Source: Candidatus Moraniibacteriota bacterium (GTDB lineage Bacteria; Patescibacteriota; Minisyncoccia; Moranbacterales; UBA1568). From it: DNA of 64,000 nt. This document shows, one piece after another, positions 17,732 through 27,667 of this stretch. The notes beneath the pieces were generated by a model, which did not search any database, had not been told where the DNA came from, and worked only from the letters and a program-made list of their open reading frames with translations. Position 1 is the first letter of the stretch. Each line of letters opens with the position of its first letter. The DNA lies in NCBI GenBank assembly GCA_028711705.1, contig JAQTRS010000004.1:9205-73204 (forward strand). Direction: 5' to 3'. The translations under genes and the position numbers were made by a program.

Positions 17732-18562
17732 ATGCGATACATACTACATGGAGCAATAGCCGCGTTTGCGATCGGCGTTATCATTGCCGGAGGCGTTTTT
17801 TGGTACCGATACGCGAATCGTGCAATGCCAAGCGATGCGCCAGCGCTGGTCACCGGCCCGAGCATTACCGATATTGCCGCGCCGCAGGAAACGAAGGATG
17901 CGCCTCAAGACGCATCGCCCGGCGCTTTTCCGTTATCCGAAGGAGATGCGACGGAGGAAGACGAAGCGTTTCCGCCGCGTGTTTTGTATCAGGTGCCGTT
18001 CACTTCCCAGGCGCCGTTCGGCGAATGGGACGATTTGACATTCCAGGATGGCTGCGAGGAGGCCTCGATGATCATGGCGATGGCCTGGGTGCGAGGGACG
18101 ACGCTCTCGCCGGAGGGAAGCAAGCGATCCATCGAGGACATCACCCGGTTCGTGACCGAGAAATTCGGGGCATTCACGGCGGATACTTCGGCGGAGGAGA
18201 CGGCGCAGGTGATGCGGGATTATTACCAGTATGCCGGTGTCGATGTCGTGCATAATGCCTCGATTAAGGCTATACAGCAGCTCTTGGCCAAAGGTTTTCT
18301 TGTGATCGCACCGATGAATGGGCAGAAGCTCCATAATCCGCATTTCACACAGCCTGGGCCATTGCATCATATGCTGGTGATTATCGGCTATGACAGGACG
18401 ACGCAAGAATTCATCACCAATGATCCCGGAACCAAGGAGGGGAAGTCGTATCGGTACGATGAGGAGATTCTCTATCAGGCGCTTCGCGATTATCCGACTG
18501 GCAACGACGCGCCATTGACAGCAGACGACCAGAAAACGATTATCGTCGTGAGGAAGGAATAA
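17732..18562 (+). CDS. C39-like (papain-fold) cysteine peptidase domain protein, membrane-anchored (paralogue 1)
   Basis: N-terminal TM. QAPFGEWDDLTFQDGCEEASMIMAMAW (Gln...Cys). HMLVIIGYD (His), as in Peptidase_C39_2-type domains. AGAGGG RBS. Confidence 0.5.
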   Translation: MRYILHGAIAAFAIGVIIAGGVFWYRYANRAMPSDAPALVTGPSITDIAAPQETKDAPQDASPGAFPLSEGDATEEDEAFPPRVLYQVPFTSQAPFGEWDDLTFQDGCEEASMIMAMAWVRGTTLSPEGSKRSIEDITRFVTEKFGAFTADTSAEETAQVMRDYYQYAGVDVVHNASIKAIQQLLAKGFLVIAPMNGQKLHNPHFTQPGPLHHMLVIIGYDRTTQEFITNDPGTKEGKSYRYDEEILYQALRDYPTGNDAPLTADDQKTIIVVRKE

Positions 18563-18605
18563 AACCATCTTGCAAAAAAAGTTTTAGAGAGTAGAATAGG
18601 GGCAT

Positions 18606-19502
18606 ATGAACGCGCTCAAAACAAGGTATAGCATTATTATCGCATTCAATGTCCTATTGGTAGGATTGTGGTTTGGGGTACGTGGGAATTATGGCGGTAT
18701 TCATTTCGCAAAAAATACCAGTAGTGAATCGCTGTCAAAACAAAATACTGCGCTTAAGTCGGATGCCGCAGAGCAGGATAACTCGCAAGAAGCCGTCGAT
18801 ATTCCGGCGAAGAGCGCGATAGAGATAACGCGCACAGACACCTTGGTTCGTGATACTGAAAAGACAGTTTCGTCTATTGTGCCGATAAAGCAGGATCAAC
18901 CCATGCTTTCCTTGCAGAACACTTTGGTGGTGCAGGAAGTGCCATTTCTTGTTCAGGCCCCCTTCGGAGAATGGAACAAAGCCGCGTTTCAGCATGCCTG
19001 CGAGGAAGCAGCGATGACTATGGCCATGGCTTGGGTGAAGGGAGAATCGCTTTCGCCGCAACAAGGAAAACAGACGATAGAATCTATTACGAAATTTGAA
19101 ACGAAGAAGTTTGGAAAGTTCGTGTTCGATACATCATTGCAGGATACGATGGAAGTGATGAAAGAATATTTCCAGTATGATACTGTCGAGATGAAGCAAA
19201 ATATCCGGATAACGGATATCCGAAGCGCGCTTGAGATCGGGGCGATCGTTATCGTACCGGCAAACGGACGAGCGTTGCACAACCCATATTTCACGGCTCC
19301 CGGACCCGCAGAGCATATGCTCGTGATTTCCGGTTATGATCCGGAGGCGAAGGCGTTCATCGTTCATGACCCAGGTACGAAGAATGGCGCAGGCTACCGA
19401 TATGATGAGAGCGTTCTCTACGAAGCGATCCGTGACTATATGACGGGTAATCATGTGCCGGTAAAGGATATTCGAAAATCGATGATCGTGGTGAGGAAAT
19501 AA
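18606..19502 (+). CDS. C39-like (papain-fold) cysteine peptidase domain protein, membrane-anchored (paralogue 2)
   Basis: Same architecture and conserved blocks as paralogue 1 (QAPFGEWNKAAFQHACEEAAMTMAMAW, HMLVISGYD). Confidence 0.5.
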   Translation: MNALKTRYSIIIAFNVLLVGLWFGVRGNYGGIHFAKNTSSESLSKQNTALKSDAAEQDNSQEAVDIPAKSAIEITRTDTLVRDTEKTVSSIVPIKQDQPMLSLQNTLVVQEVPFLVQAPFGEWNKAAFQHACEEAAMTMAMAWVKGESLSPQQGKQTIESITKFETKKFGKFVFDTSLQDTMEVMKEYFQYDTVEMKQNIRITDIRSALEIGAIVIVPANGRALHNPYFTAPGPAEHMLVISGYDPEAKAFIVHDPGTKNGAGYRYDESVLYEAIRDYMTGNHVPVKDIRKSMIVVRK

Positions 19503-19548
19503 AACGTATTGGATTTCTTGACTTCCAGACGCTATCGAGGTAGTATAT

Positions 19549-20595
19549 GTGCTTATGCTACTCACCCGAAAACAACAATTCCAAGCGCTGTTCCCGGACA
19601 TGCAGAAGTTTCGTCTCAAGCAGATTGACGAGGCTGTTTTTCATGCCGGGTGGACAGGCTGGAATGATGTGAGCAATCTTTCGCTCCCTATGCGCGAGCA
19701 GGCGATCAAGGAGATCCCGTGGATGTCGGTCAAGGAAGTCTTCACCTTCGAGTCCAAGCATAAGGATACATTCAAAGCGGTCCTTGAAGTGGAAGGCAGC
19801 AAACGTATCGAGACCGTGCTGATGCGCAATGCGCGCGAGCAGTGGACGGTGTGCGTTTCTTCTCAGATCGGTTGCGCGATGCGCTGCACGTTCTGTGCGA
19901 CGGGCACCATGGGCTTGACCCGCAACCTGACATCGGACGAGATCGTCGATCAGGTACGGTTTTGGAATAGCTTCCTGACCAAGCGCCCGGACCTTGCGCA
20001 GCGCATCAGCAACGTTGTCTTCATGGGCATGGGGGAGCCTTTGGCCAATTACGACAGTGTCCGGGAAACCCTCCAGCTGCTTTTGAAGCATACCGATATC
20101 GGGCCGACCCGCATCACGGTCTCGACGGTGGGCCTTATCCCGATGCTCGAGAAGCTTTTGATCGATCCGGAATGGCCGCCGGTCCGTTTGGCTGTTTCGC
20201 TCCACAGTGCCGACTCGGAAACGCGCAAGACTATCATGCCATCCTCGTATGACGGATTTTTGGATAAGCTTGCAGAGTGGGCGGAAAGGTACTTCGAGAA
20301 ATTCGATAGCAAGCGGAGGCATATCACGTTCGAATACGTGATGCTTGCCAATGTCAATGACACGCCGATGCATGCGAAGGCCTTGGCGTCTTTTGCGGAG
20401 CGCGTGGGCAAGGTGCGCATCAACCTGATCCCGTATAACTTCACCGGAAGCGAATACTTCAATAGCGAAGGGGATAAGGCGGATGAATTTTTGGAATACC
20501 TCAAGTCGCGCAACGTCGACGCCACCAAGCGCCGCACGATGGGCGACGACATCGCCGCCGCCTGCGGGCAGCTGGTGGTGGAGGGGAATACATAA
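19549..20595 (+). CDS. rlmN: 23S rRNA / tRNA adenine-C2 methyltransferase, radical SAM (RlmN/Cfr family)
   Basis: CVSSQIGCAMRCTFCATG radical-SAM cluster motif. MGMGEPLAN. C-terminal conserved Cys (AAACGQL). GTG start as listed in the ORF track. Confidence 0.85.
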   Translation: MLMLLTRKQQFQALFPDMQKFRLKQIDEAVFHAGWTGWNDVSNLSLPMREQAIKEIPWMSVKEVFTFESKHKDTFKAVLEVEGSKRIETVLMRNAREQWTVCVSSQIGCAMRCTFCATGTMGLTRNLTSDEIVDQVRFWNSFLTKRPDLAQRISNVVFMGMGEPLANYDSVRETLQLLLKHTDIGPTRITVSTVGLIPMLEKLLIDPEWPPVRLAVSLHSADSETRKTIMPSSYDGFLDKLAEWAERYFEKFDSKRRHITFEYVMLANVNDTPMHAKALASFAERVGKVRINLIPYNFTGSEYFNSEGDKADEFLEYLKSRNVDATKRRTMGDDIAAACGQLVVEGNT

Positions 20596-20685
20596 ATATC
20601 CCGCCTATTGACTTAAAACAAGCTTTGTGCTAGGCTTTAGTTGTAATTTTTTACGAAACAATTTCAAACCAACCGGAGAAAGACG

Positions 20686-20958
20686 ATGACTTTATCAAGA
20701 GAACAGCTGGGAAATCTTTATGATCTTACCCCAGACGAAAACAAACAAACAACAATAAAATTGCCTGAAAAATATCATGGCGGAATAGAAAACAGTGTAG
20801 CTGCCACGGGCAAATGCGTTAACTGTGGGCTGGAATTGGATACGGGAACTCGCTGCCCCTATGACCCTGGAGTAAATCCAGGCGCATGCGGCTACAAAGA
20901 ACCTCAATTGAGTAATTCGGGAGTTATTTGGGATCCAGAGCATACATCAAAAGTATAA
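20686..20958 (+). CDS. hypothetical small Cys-rich protein (90 aa)
   Basis: GGAGAAAGACG RBS. CVNCG...CPYDPG...CGYK Cys pattern. Followed by a hairpin terminator. Confidence 0.45.
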   Translation: MTLSREQLGNLYDLTPDENKQTTIKLPEKYHGGIENSVAATGKCVNCGLELDTGTRCPYDPGVNPGACGYKEPQLSNSGVIWDPEHTSKV

Positions 20959-20987
20959 AGCAGGTAATATCTGCTGCTAAATGCGTA

Positions 20988-21028
20988 GGCACTCATGAAA
21001 TCTTTCATGAGTGCCTTCTATTTTATAC
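20988..21028 (+). terminator. rho-independent terminator (13-bp stem GGCACTCATGAAA/TTCATGAGTGCC followed by a T-rich tract)
   Basis: Perfect inverted repeat at 20988-21015, then TTCTATTTTATA. Confidence 0.55.
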
Positions 21029-21044
21029 GAATCTTTTCGTACGA

Positions 21045-21077
21045 CAAAAAACAGCCCCCGAAAGGGCTGTTTTTTTG
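21045..21077. terminator. bidirectional rho-independent terminator (AAAAAACAGCCCCCGAAAGGGCTGTTTTTTT)
   Basis: GC-rich 8-bp stem flanked by an A-tract and a T-tract. Sits 15 nt downstream of the minus-strand rbp stop. Confidence 0.7.
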
Positions 21078-21092
21078 CACATGCAGGTTGGA

Positions 21093-21425
21093 TTACCAAC
21101 GGCTGTTGCTTCCGCCTTGGAAATCACGATTTCCGCCGCGGTTACCGCCATTGAAATCACGTCGTGGAGGACGAGCTTCGAGAGGACGAGCCTCGTTGAC
21201 GGTCAATGTACGACCGTTGAACTCTTTTTCGTTCCACAATTCGATGGCTGCTTGCGCCTCCGCATCATTCGACATCTCCACGAAACCGAAGCCTTTCGAG
21301 CGTCCGGAAGCGCGGTCGATGATGATGGTAGCAGATGTTACGGTACCGGCCTGAGCGAAAGCGTCTTTCAACTCCTCGTCAGTGGTAGCGTATGGCAAAC
21401 CGCCTACGTATAACTTGAGAGCCAT
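21093..21425 (-). CDS. rbp: RNA-binding protein with a single RRM and an RGG/Gly-rich tail
   Basis: RNP-2 LYVGGL and RNP-1 KGFGFVEM motifs. C-terminal RRDFNGGNRGGNRDFQGG. Confidence 0.9.
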   Translation of the reverse strand: MALKLYVGGLPYATTDEELKDAFAQAGTVTSATIIIDRASGRSKGFGFVEMSNDAEAQAAIELWNEKEFNGRTLTVNEARPLEARPPRRDFNGGNRGGNRDFQGGSNSRW

Positions 21426-21728
21426 AATATATGAATATAAAATTGGCTGATTACTGTGTAAGCCGACCCTTCTCCTCGTACTCCCACCTTTTTCAAGGCC
21501 AAAGCCTTTGCTTACGACTCAAGTTAACCTGAGAACCTAAGGGTAAAGAAACCTGCTGAGAAAACTTACAACAATCGCAGTATATATCAAATCGGGAAAA
21601 AAAGCAAGCCCTGAGGCTGCAGAGAGGGAAAATGACCGGTTTTTATCCCGACGCGGGCCGATTTTTTGATCCGGTATCGGTGCGTGTAAAAAAGGCGCCG
21701 AATTGCTTCGAGCGCCCTTAAGGTGAGT

Positions 21729-22154
21729 TCACCAGGTGAATATGAGTTTCATTTGTCCTATTATATTGATTTGATGCAGGTAAACACGAGCTGCTCCAAA
21801 GCCTTCGCATAAAAAAGTTATTTGTTCGCTGGTCGGATCATACGTGATGTTATCGATAAGCCGACGGGCGGTTACTTTTAACTGCTTGTTGGCTTGTTTT
21901 CCGCAATCACCGATGCATGCAGACTGCATGGATTCGATGACGAAATGCGCTTCACCGAAATCTTGGTCATCAGATGAATACACATGTGATTGCATGGAAG
22001 TGTCAACGGCGAACTCTTGTTTTTGAAAGCTTGTACAAGTACAATGCGCAAACACGGCTGATTGTATGACAGTGCCTATTGTAAGTCCGGGCGCCTTTTT
22101 TGTGGGATCCGGGGTATTAACCGGAATATTTTCGAGGGTGAGTTGTTCGGCCAT
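21729..22154 (-). CDS. hypothetical protein
   Basis: 141-aa ORF with multiple Cys and no recognisable motif. Confidence 0.4.
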   Translation of the reverse strand: MAEQLTLENIPVNTPDPTKKAPGLTIGTVIQSAVFAHCTCTSFQKQEFAVDTSMQSHVYSSDDQDFGEAHFVIESMQSACIGDCGKQANKQLKVTARRLIDNITYDPTSEQITFLCEGFGAARVYLHQINIIGQMKLIFTW

Positions 22155-22354
22155 AACGACCTCCTGATGTGTGGATTGTTAATATGCTGATGTTTATCCA
22201 TAACGTTAGTACGAAAAGGCGCTTTCGTCAAGGTTTTTATGCTTGGCAGGCTTGATTCTTTCAAAAGATGATGATAGGCTATATATCAGTTAGCAATAAT
22301 CAATCAACAGTGAAGGAGCCCGTTTCTTGTTGATTGTTAACTGTTAATTGACAA

Positions 22355-22443
22355 GGAGAGGTGCCTGAGAGGCCGAAAGGGGCACACTGCTAATGTGTTA
22401 GCTGGGTAAAACCGGCTCGAGGGTTCGAATCCCTCCCTCTCCG
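22355..22443 (+). tRNA. tRNA-Ser (anticodon GCU), class II with long variable arm
   Basis: Acceptor GGAGAGG/CCTCTCC. D-arm. Anticodon stem GCACA/TGTGT with loop CTGCTAA. Long variable arm. T-arm GAGGG-TTCGAAT-CCCTC. Discriminator G. CCA not encoded. Confidence 0.85.
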
Positions 22444-22530
22444 CCTTCGCTACGCTGAAGCGTAGCTACGGCGTGACGCAGTCCGCCAGTAGCTTCGCGA
22501 AAGCGAGATAAAACAAAATACAAGTCTGAT

Positions 22531-22761
22531 ATGTATTATGTCTATAGCTTGAAATGCAAAGACGGGTATTATGTAGGATGTACGAATGACCTCAAGGAAA
22601 GGGTGGAACGACATAAAAACGGATATGTGCCGGCGACAGTAAGAAGACTTCCGATTTCATTGGAATTTTATTGCGCTATCGCAGATAAACATAAAGCCTT
22701 TGAATTCGAAAAGTATTTGAAGTCAGGTTCCGGAAGAGCTTTCGCAAGTAAGCATTTTTAG
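22531..22761 (+). CDS. GIY-YIG nuclease domain protein (small, YhbQ-like)
   Basis: YYVYSLKC...GYYVGCTNDLKERVERH is a GIY-YIG motif with the conserved Arg/Glu. 76 aa. Immediately 3' of tRNA-Ser. Confidence 0.7.
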   Translation: MYYVYSLKCKDGYYVGCTNDLKERVERHKNGYVPATVRRLPISLEFYCAIADKHKAFEFEKYLKSGSGRAFASKHF

Positions 22762-22874
22762 TGACAACCGAATCCCTTCCTTGTGATAGAATGAGAAAAA
22801 CAAAATAGAGAGTATTTGGTTTTCACGAGGGATTCGAAGGGCAATTCGGAAAGAAATAGCGCCCACCCATGAGT

Positions 22875-23243
22875 TTACCGAATAATTTCAGAAGTGAAGA
22901 ATTGTTCCTGGAAGTAAGTGGCTTTTCGAATTTCATCATCGTTTATGTTTTCGAGTAATGTTGGAATAATCACCAATTTATCATCATTATCATTCAGACG
23001 ATGAATGACAGCAATGCATTTTCCTTTGTAGGTTTCAACGGGCTCATTGACGCCGATGAGATAAGCATCGATTTCTTCATTATCAGGAGCTTTCGTGTCT
23101 GGTACGAAACCATAGTTTACTTCGTAAATGAAGCCATGTTTCGGATGTTTCGAATGAAGCGGTCGATCGATTTTTATTCCTATTTCTTTCCCGATAAATA
23201 AGGTGGCATAATCGTTTGTACGTTCAGCGCTCTCCTGTTTCAT
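22875..23243 (-). CDS. inorganic-pyrophosphatase-fold protein, divergent and short
   Basis: NYGFVPDTKAPDNEEIDAYLIG aligns with the family I PPase NYGFIPxTxxEDGDPLDVLV block, but with a degenerate Asp triad (DNEEID). 122 aa. Confidence 0.35.
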   Translation of the reverse strand: MKQESAERTNDYATLFIGKEIGIKIDRPLHSKHPKHGFIYEVNYGFVPDTKAPDNEEIDAYLIGVNEPVETYKGKCIAVIHRLNDNDDKLVIIPTLLENINDDEIRKATYFQEQFFTSEIIR

Positions 23244-23523
23244 AAGATTTTCTTTATTGTTTACTATCTTTGTATCATAAACACAAAAAACAGGCCAGGC
23301 AACACTAGTATGGAAATATGCTTGTGTTCGGAATAGGCAAGGCGAGGTCTTTATTTATCGATACCGTGTCGATGCGTATGCAGGCCAACCTTGCGGTATC
23401 GATGGATTCGATTCGAAAATACTTTGATCATGACAAAAAATGATCCGAACGAGCGTATGCATAGGTAGGTTCTTTCAAGACTTTGAGGGCTGGATCATTT
23501 GACTCGTAGAATAGAAAAAATAT

Positions 23524-23865
23524 ATGAAAAAATATCTTGGCGGATGCCATTGCGGTTTGGTGAGGTATGAGGTTGAAACCGAGCTTACGGACGCGCTTTC
23601 GTGCAATTGTTCGCACTGTAGCAAGAAGGGGTTGGTGCTCGTGTTTGTCGATAAGGAGAAATTCAAGCTTTTGTCCGGCAGGGAAAACCTTACCGAGTAT
23701 TTCTTCAATAAAAAAGCCATACGGCATCTGTTCTGCGATGTGTGCGGCACGGAATCGTTCGCGGAGGGGGTGACCTTCCCGAAGGTGGCGATCAATGTCC
23801 GTTGCCTTGACGGTATCGATATGAAGACGGTACAAACGAAGGATTTCAATGGAAAGGACTATTAG
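23524..23865 (+). CDS. GFA/CENP-V family zinc-binding protein (glutathione-dependent formaldehyde-activating-like)
   Basis: GGCHCGLVRYE...CNCSHC...C..C Cys pattern characteristic of the GFA domain. Confidence 0.75.
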   Translation: MKKYLGGCHCGLVRYEVETELTDALSCNCSHCSKKGLVLVFVDKEKFKLLSGRENLTEYFFNKKAIRHLFCDVCGTESFAEGVTFPKVAINVRCLDGIDMKTVQTKDFNGKDY

Positions 23866-24156
23866 CATGAACCGCTTGTTTTGTTTGCCGTACAGGCTTA
23901 AATCAGGAATATGGACATGCCGTTCAGATTGCTGGAAAAATTCACAGGACCAATACGTGAAACCCTCTCCGCTAGCGAAAAAATGAAAGAAAATAATACT
24001 CTTTCTAGTATATTCCAGTATGGTAGTGGAGCAGTCGTGATACGAGGAATGCTGTTAGGGCGTTGAAACTATGAGTATGTTACCGCTAGAGGCTTGGTTC
24101 GATAGGTATGGAGTTATCAAAGTAAAAGGTTGGGATTAATCAGTAAGTGAAACAGT

Positions 24157-24519
24157 ATGAACAAGAAAATGGAGGTACAATATTTTACTTCCCCGGATGA
24201 AGTGAGAACATTCGAGAAGGGAAGGGTGGAGTTGGTTAATATCGGAGGCGCGGTGGTTGGCAAAGCAACCTTTGAGCCGGGGTGGAAGTGGTCTTCTCAT
24301 GTCAAACCGCTTGCTAAGACTGAGTGGTGCGAGGCTCCCCATTTCCAGTACATTGTATCAGGAACGCTGCACGTGGTGATGACCGATGGTACGGAAGCAG
24401 ACCTTAAACCGGGCAGCGTGTCCTCATTGCCATCGGGTCATGATGCATGGGTGGTCGGAAACGAACCGGTGGTCGGCGTCGATTTTCAGGGAATGGTTGA
24501 CTATGCTAAGAAAGTGTAA
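24157..24519 (+). CDS. cupin domain protein
   Basis: 120 aa with two-His/Glu cupin-like blocks (HF.YIVSG.LHV, GHDAWVVG). Confidence 0.5.
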   Translation: MNKKMEVQYFTSPDEVRTFEKGRVELVNIGGAVVGKATFEPGWKWSSHVKPLAKTEWCEAPHFQYIVSGTLHVVMTDGTEADLKPGSVSSLPSGHDAWVVGNEPVVGVDFQGMVDYAKKV

Positions 24520-24907
24520 GCGGTTTTGGCTTTTACCGATACGGTCTTTTGTCCTCAAAAACACAGGCCCTAAAGAAGGAGTTTGTGTTTTTGTTTATGA
24601 GGTGGAAAAAAAGACGCCGCCGTGGTATACTGAAGACCGAGCAATAAAACAGAGAAGTCCTGGCGGTTAATGAGTCCTTGCAAACAGCAGGCATTAACAT
24701 TTCCGGTATATGCGTGATCTGGCGCCAGTTAATCCTTGATTGATGCGTATGGATCTATCACCCTTCCACATCCTCGTACCGATCGCCTCGGTCTTTGCGC
24801 TGCAATCCATATCGCCCCATAAGTCCTCAATTTTTTGGTAGGGCTTTTTTTGTCGTTTATTGCGTCGAAGAGTGGCGGAACAAGATTATTCATAAGGCAA
24901 CATCATT

Positions 24908-26410
24908 ATGGTTACGAAACATCAGAAAAGCATGCCCAAGCTCCGTGTTGCCCATATCGCGTCGGAAGTCGAGCCGTTTTCCAAAACCGGGGGACTGGCC
25001 AGTGTGCTCGGGGCGCTTCCGCGGGCGCAAGTGGAGCTCGGCGTGGATGCGATAATCGTCACGCCCTACTATGATCATCTGATTGACACGAGCGAATATG
25101 CGCTCGATCCGCTTGAGGAGGCATCGGAGCAAATCGAGATAGAGCCGGGAGTGTTTGAGGAAGTGGCGTATCGGAGGGGTGTGCTCGGGGAGGAAAACAT
25201 ACCGGTCTATTTCGTCGAGAGCAGGAAATTTTTCGGGTCACGGGAAAAGCTGTACGGCGCGAAAAACGATAATGCCCGATTCCTTTTCTTCAATATCGCC
25301 GCACTCTTCCTTTTGAAGAAAATAGATTTCAGGCCATCCATCGTCCACTGCCATGATTGGCACGCGGGACTCATCCCATACCTTCTCAAGACACGGCATA
25401 GAAAGGATCCGTTCTGGAACGGCACGGCGACTCTTTTCACCATCCATAACCTCTCCTTCCAGCTCGGCCATGATTGGCACAAGATTCCCTCGGGCGAAAG
25501 CGACGACGGCCGATCCAAGCTACCCTCGTTTTCGGATCGAAGGAGGATGGAGAAGGTGAATTTCGCGAAGCGAGCCATCATCCATGCCGATGCTATCAAT
25601 ACCGTCTCGGAAACCTATCGCGAGGAAATCCTCACGGAAGCCTTCGGTGAGGCGCTTCATAGGCTTCTGAAGCGCAAGCAGCGGGTCGTGTTCGGTATCG
25701 TGAACGGTATCGACTACGACGATTTCAATCCGATGACGGATGAGGGATTGGCGTGTCATTACAATAGCAAATCGGTGCGGTTGAAGAAATATAACAAGAA
25801 GGCGCTGCAGAAACGCTACGGGCTTACTGTCGATCTGAATGTGCCACTTTTATGCACTACCTCGCGTATTACTGAGCAGAAGGGATTCAAGCTCGTCCTG
25901 CAGATTGTCCGCATCGTGCTTCGGCAAGGGACGCAGATTATCGTGATGGGGGATGGCGATGAGCAGACCATCCAGTCCCTGAAGGCGTTGCAGCGGGAGT
26001 TTCCGAAGCAATTCGCCTATACCCCGTTCGATCCGGAGAGCGAGACGCTTTTGTATGCCGGTTCGGAGATATTCCTTATGCCGTCGCGCTTCGAGCCATG
26101 CGGCATCAACCAGATGATCGCGCTTCGATACGGATGCATCCCGGTGGTGCGCCATATCGGGGGATTGGCGGATACGATACAAGACTATGATCCGCGCACC
26201 AAGACCGGCAACGGCTTCACCTTCAAGCGCTACAATTCGACGCACCTGCTCATCGCCATTATCCGCGCGCTCGAAAACTTCAAGCATGCCCGCTCCTGGA
26301 AGGAACTCAGCATTTCCGGACTCAAGGCGGCGAACTCATGGGAATTGCCGGCCCAAAAATATATCAACCTCTACGTGTCGACGCTTCGTCTTAAAAAGAA
26401 ACCCTTATGA
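24908..26410 (+). CDS. glgA: glycogen/starch synthase (GT5, ADP-glucose type)
   Basis: N-terminal EVEPFSKTGGLASV (KTGGL motif). C-terminal GT-B domain. 500 aa. Confidence 0.9.
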   Translation: MVTKHQKSMPKLRVAHIASEVEPFSKTGGLASVLGALPRAQVELGVDAIIVTPYYDHLIDTSEYALDPLEEASEQIEIEPGVFEEVAYRRGVLGEENIPVYFVESRKFFGSREKLYGAKNDNARFLFFNIAALFLLKKIDFRPSIVHCHDWHAGLIPYLLKTRHRKDPFWNGTATLFTIHNLSFQLGHDWHKIPSGESDDGRSKLPSFSDRRRMEKVNFAKRAIIHADAINTVSETYREEILTEAFGEALHRLLKRKQRVVFGIVNGIDYDDFNPMTDEGLACHYNSKSVRLKKYNKKALQKRYGLTVDLNVPLLCTTSRITEQKGFKLVLQIVRIVLRQGTQIIVMGDGDEQTIQSLKALQREFPKQFAYTPFDPESETLLYAGSEIFLMPSRFEPCGINQMIALRYGCIPVVRHIGGLADTIQDYDPRTKTGNGFTFKRYNSTHLLIAIIRALENFKHARSWKELSISGLKAANSWELPAQKYINLYVSTLRLKKKPL

Positions 26411-27561
26411 TTACTTGGATAAATTTTTTGCATCTCTATCAGCCACCGACCCAATCCAAGGAAGTGCTCGATCAGGTGACTCAGGAATCCTATGCGCTCC
26501 TGCCGGAATTGATGCGACGGTATCCGCGCATGCGTTTCACAATCAACTTTTCGGGCTCATTGCTTGAGTTATTGGAGACGCACGGCTATCATGCCTTGCT
26601 CGAAGAATACCGCGAGCTTGCTGCGGATGGGAGGATCGAGCTTGTCGGAAGCGCCATGTATCACCCGATTCTCGCGCTGTTTCCCGAAGATGAGATACGT
26701 CGGCAGATCATTATGCATACGGAAATGAACCGGAAGATTTTCGGTGACGCCTACAGGCCGAAGGGGTTTTATATCCCGGAAATGACGTATAGTAAGAAAG
26801 TGGCGGATGTGGTGCATGCCCTCGGGTTCGAGTGGCTCATCCTCGACGAATTTCACTTTCCGAAAGGCAAGCCGCGAAGCGATACGCGATACGTCATCAA
26901 GGACAATGGGCTGCGCGTCTTGTTTCGCAATCGTTCGTTTTCCAAGACCTTTCCACCGGAATTTATCCTCACGCATCGTCACGAGATCGAAGACCAGGCC
27001 ATTATCATCGCGCATGATGGCGAACTCTATGGGCACTGGCATAAGGATGATAAAGGCTATTACGAGAAGGCCTTTACCGATTCGGGGATAACGATGCCGA
27101 CCGTCTCGGAATATCTGGATACTTTGAAGAAGGAAAAGGAAGTGACGCCCCGCGAATCGAGTTGGGAATCGCTTGAAGAGGAGCTGGCGGCTAATAATCC
27201 GTTCATACTGTGGAACGCGAGCGACAACGCTATCCATCAGGCACTGTGGCGATTCGCCCGCTTCGTTATCAAAACCGTGAATGCGCATCGGATCGATATC
27301 AACTACGCCCTCGCGCGCAGACACGCCGATCGGGGGATGGCGAGCTGCGCGTGGTGGTGGGCGACGAGGGCGCAATTGGTCGCCACCTCCCCGGTGTGCT
27401 GGAGCCCGAGCGAAATCGAGAAGGGTGCGCGGGAGCTTGTGGTGGCTGTCCGCACGATCGATCATCTCCCGCTTGCGACACGCCTGAAGGCGGAGGCTTC
27501 GTATGCCCGGCTGACCAAGCGTATCTGGGAAACGCATTGGAAAATACATGCCGGATCGTGA
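26407..27561 (+). CDS. glycoside hydrolase family 57 protein (alpha-glucan branching/processing enzyme type)
   Basis: FLHLYQP... GH57 N-terminal (beta/alpha)7 signature, conserved E/D catalytic region. ATGA overlap with glgA. Confidence 0.7.
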   Translation: MITWINFLHLYQPPTQSKEVLDQVTQESYALLPELMRRYPRMRFTINFSGSLLELLETHGYHALLEEYRELAADGRIELVGSAMYHPILALFPEDEIRRQIIMHTEMNRKIFGDAYRPKGFYIPEMTYSKKVADVVHALGFEWLILDEFHFPKGKPRSDTRYVIKDNGLRVLFRNRSFSKTFPPEFILTHRHEIEDQAIIIAHDGELYGHWHKDDKGYYEKAFTDSGITMPTVSEYLDTLKKEKEVTPRESSWESLEEELAANNPFILWNASDNAIHQALWRFARFVIKTVNAHRIDINYALARRHADRGMASCAWWWATRAQLVATSPVCWSPSEIEKGARELVVAVRTIDHLPLATRLKAEASYARLTKRIWETHWKIHAGS

Positions 27562-27667
27562 TAAGGCTGATTCTTTCTTTTTAGAAAACAGGCCGCAGCC
27601 TGGCGGGAAAGATGTGCGGAAATAAAAACAACGGGCGGATCGCGATGGATGCGCTCGTTGCGTATGC

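Noticed and set aside
16564-17865. 433-aa minus-strand ORF antisense to the DUF2130 gene
   Set aside because: Shadow ORF of the highly biased coiled-coil coding region (Leu/Arg/Phe-rich translation). No RBS or motifs.
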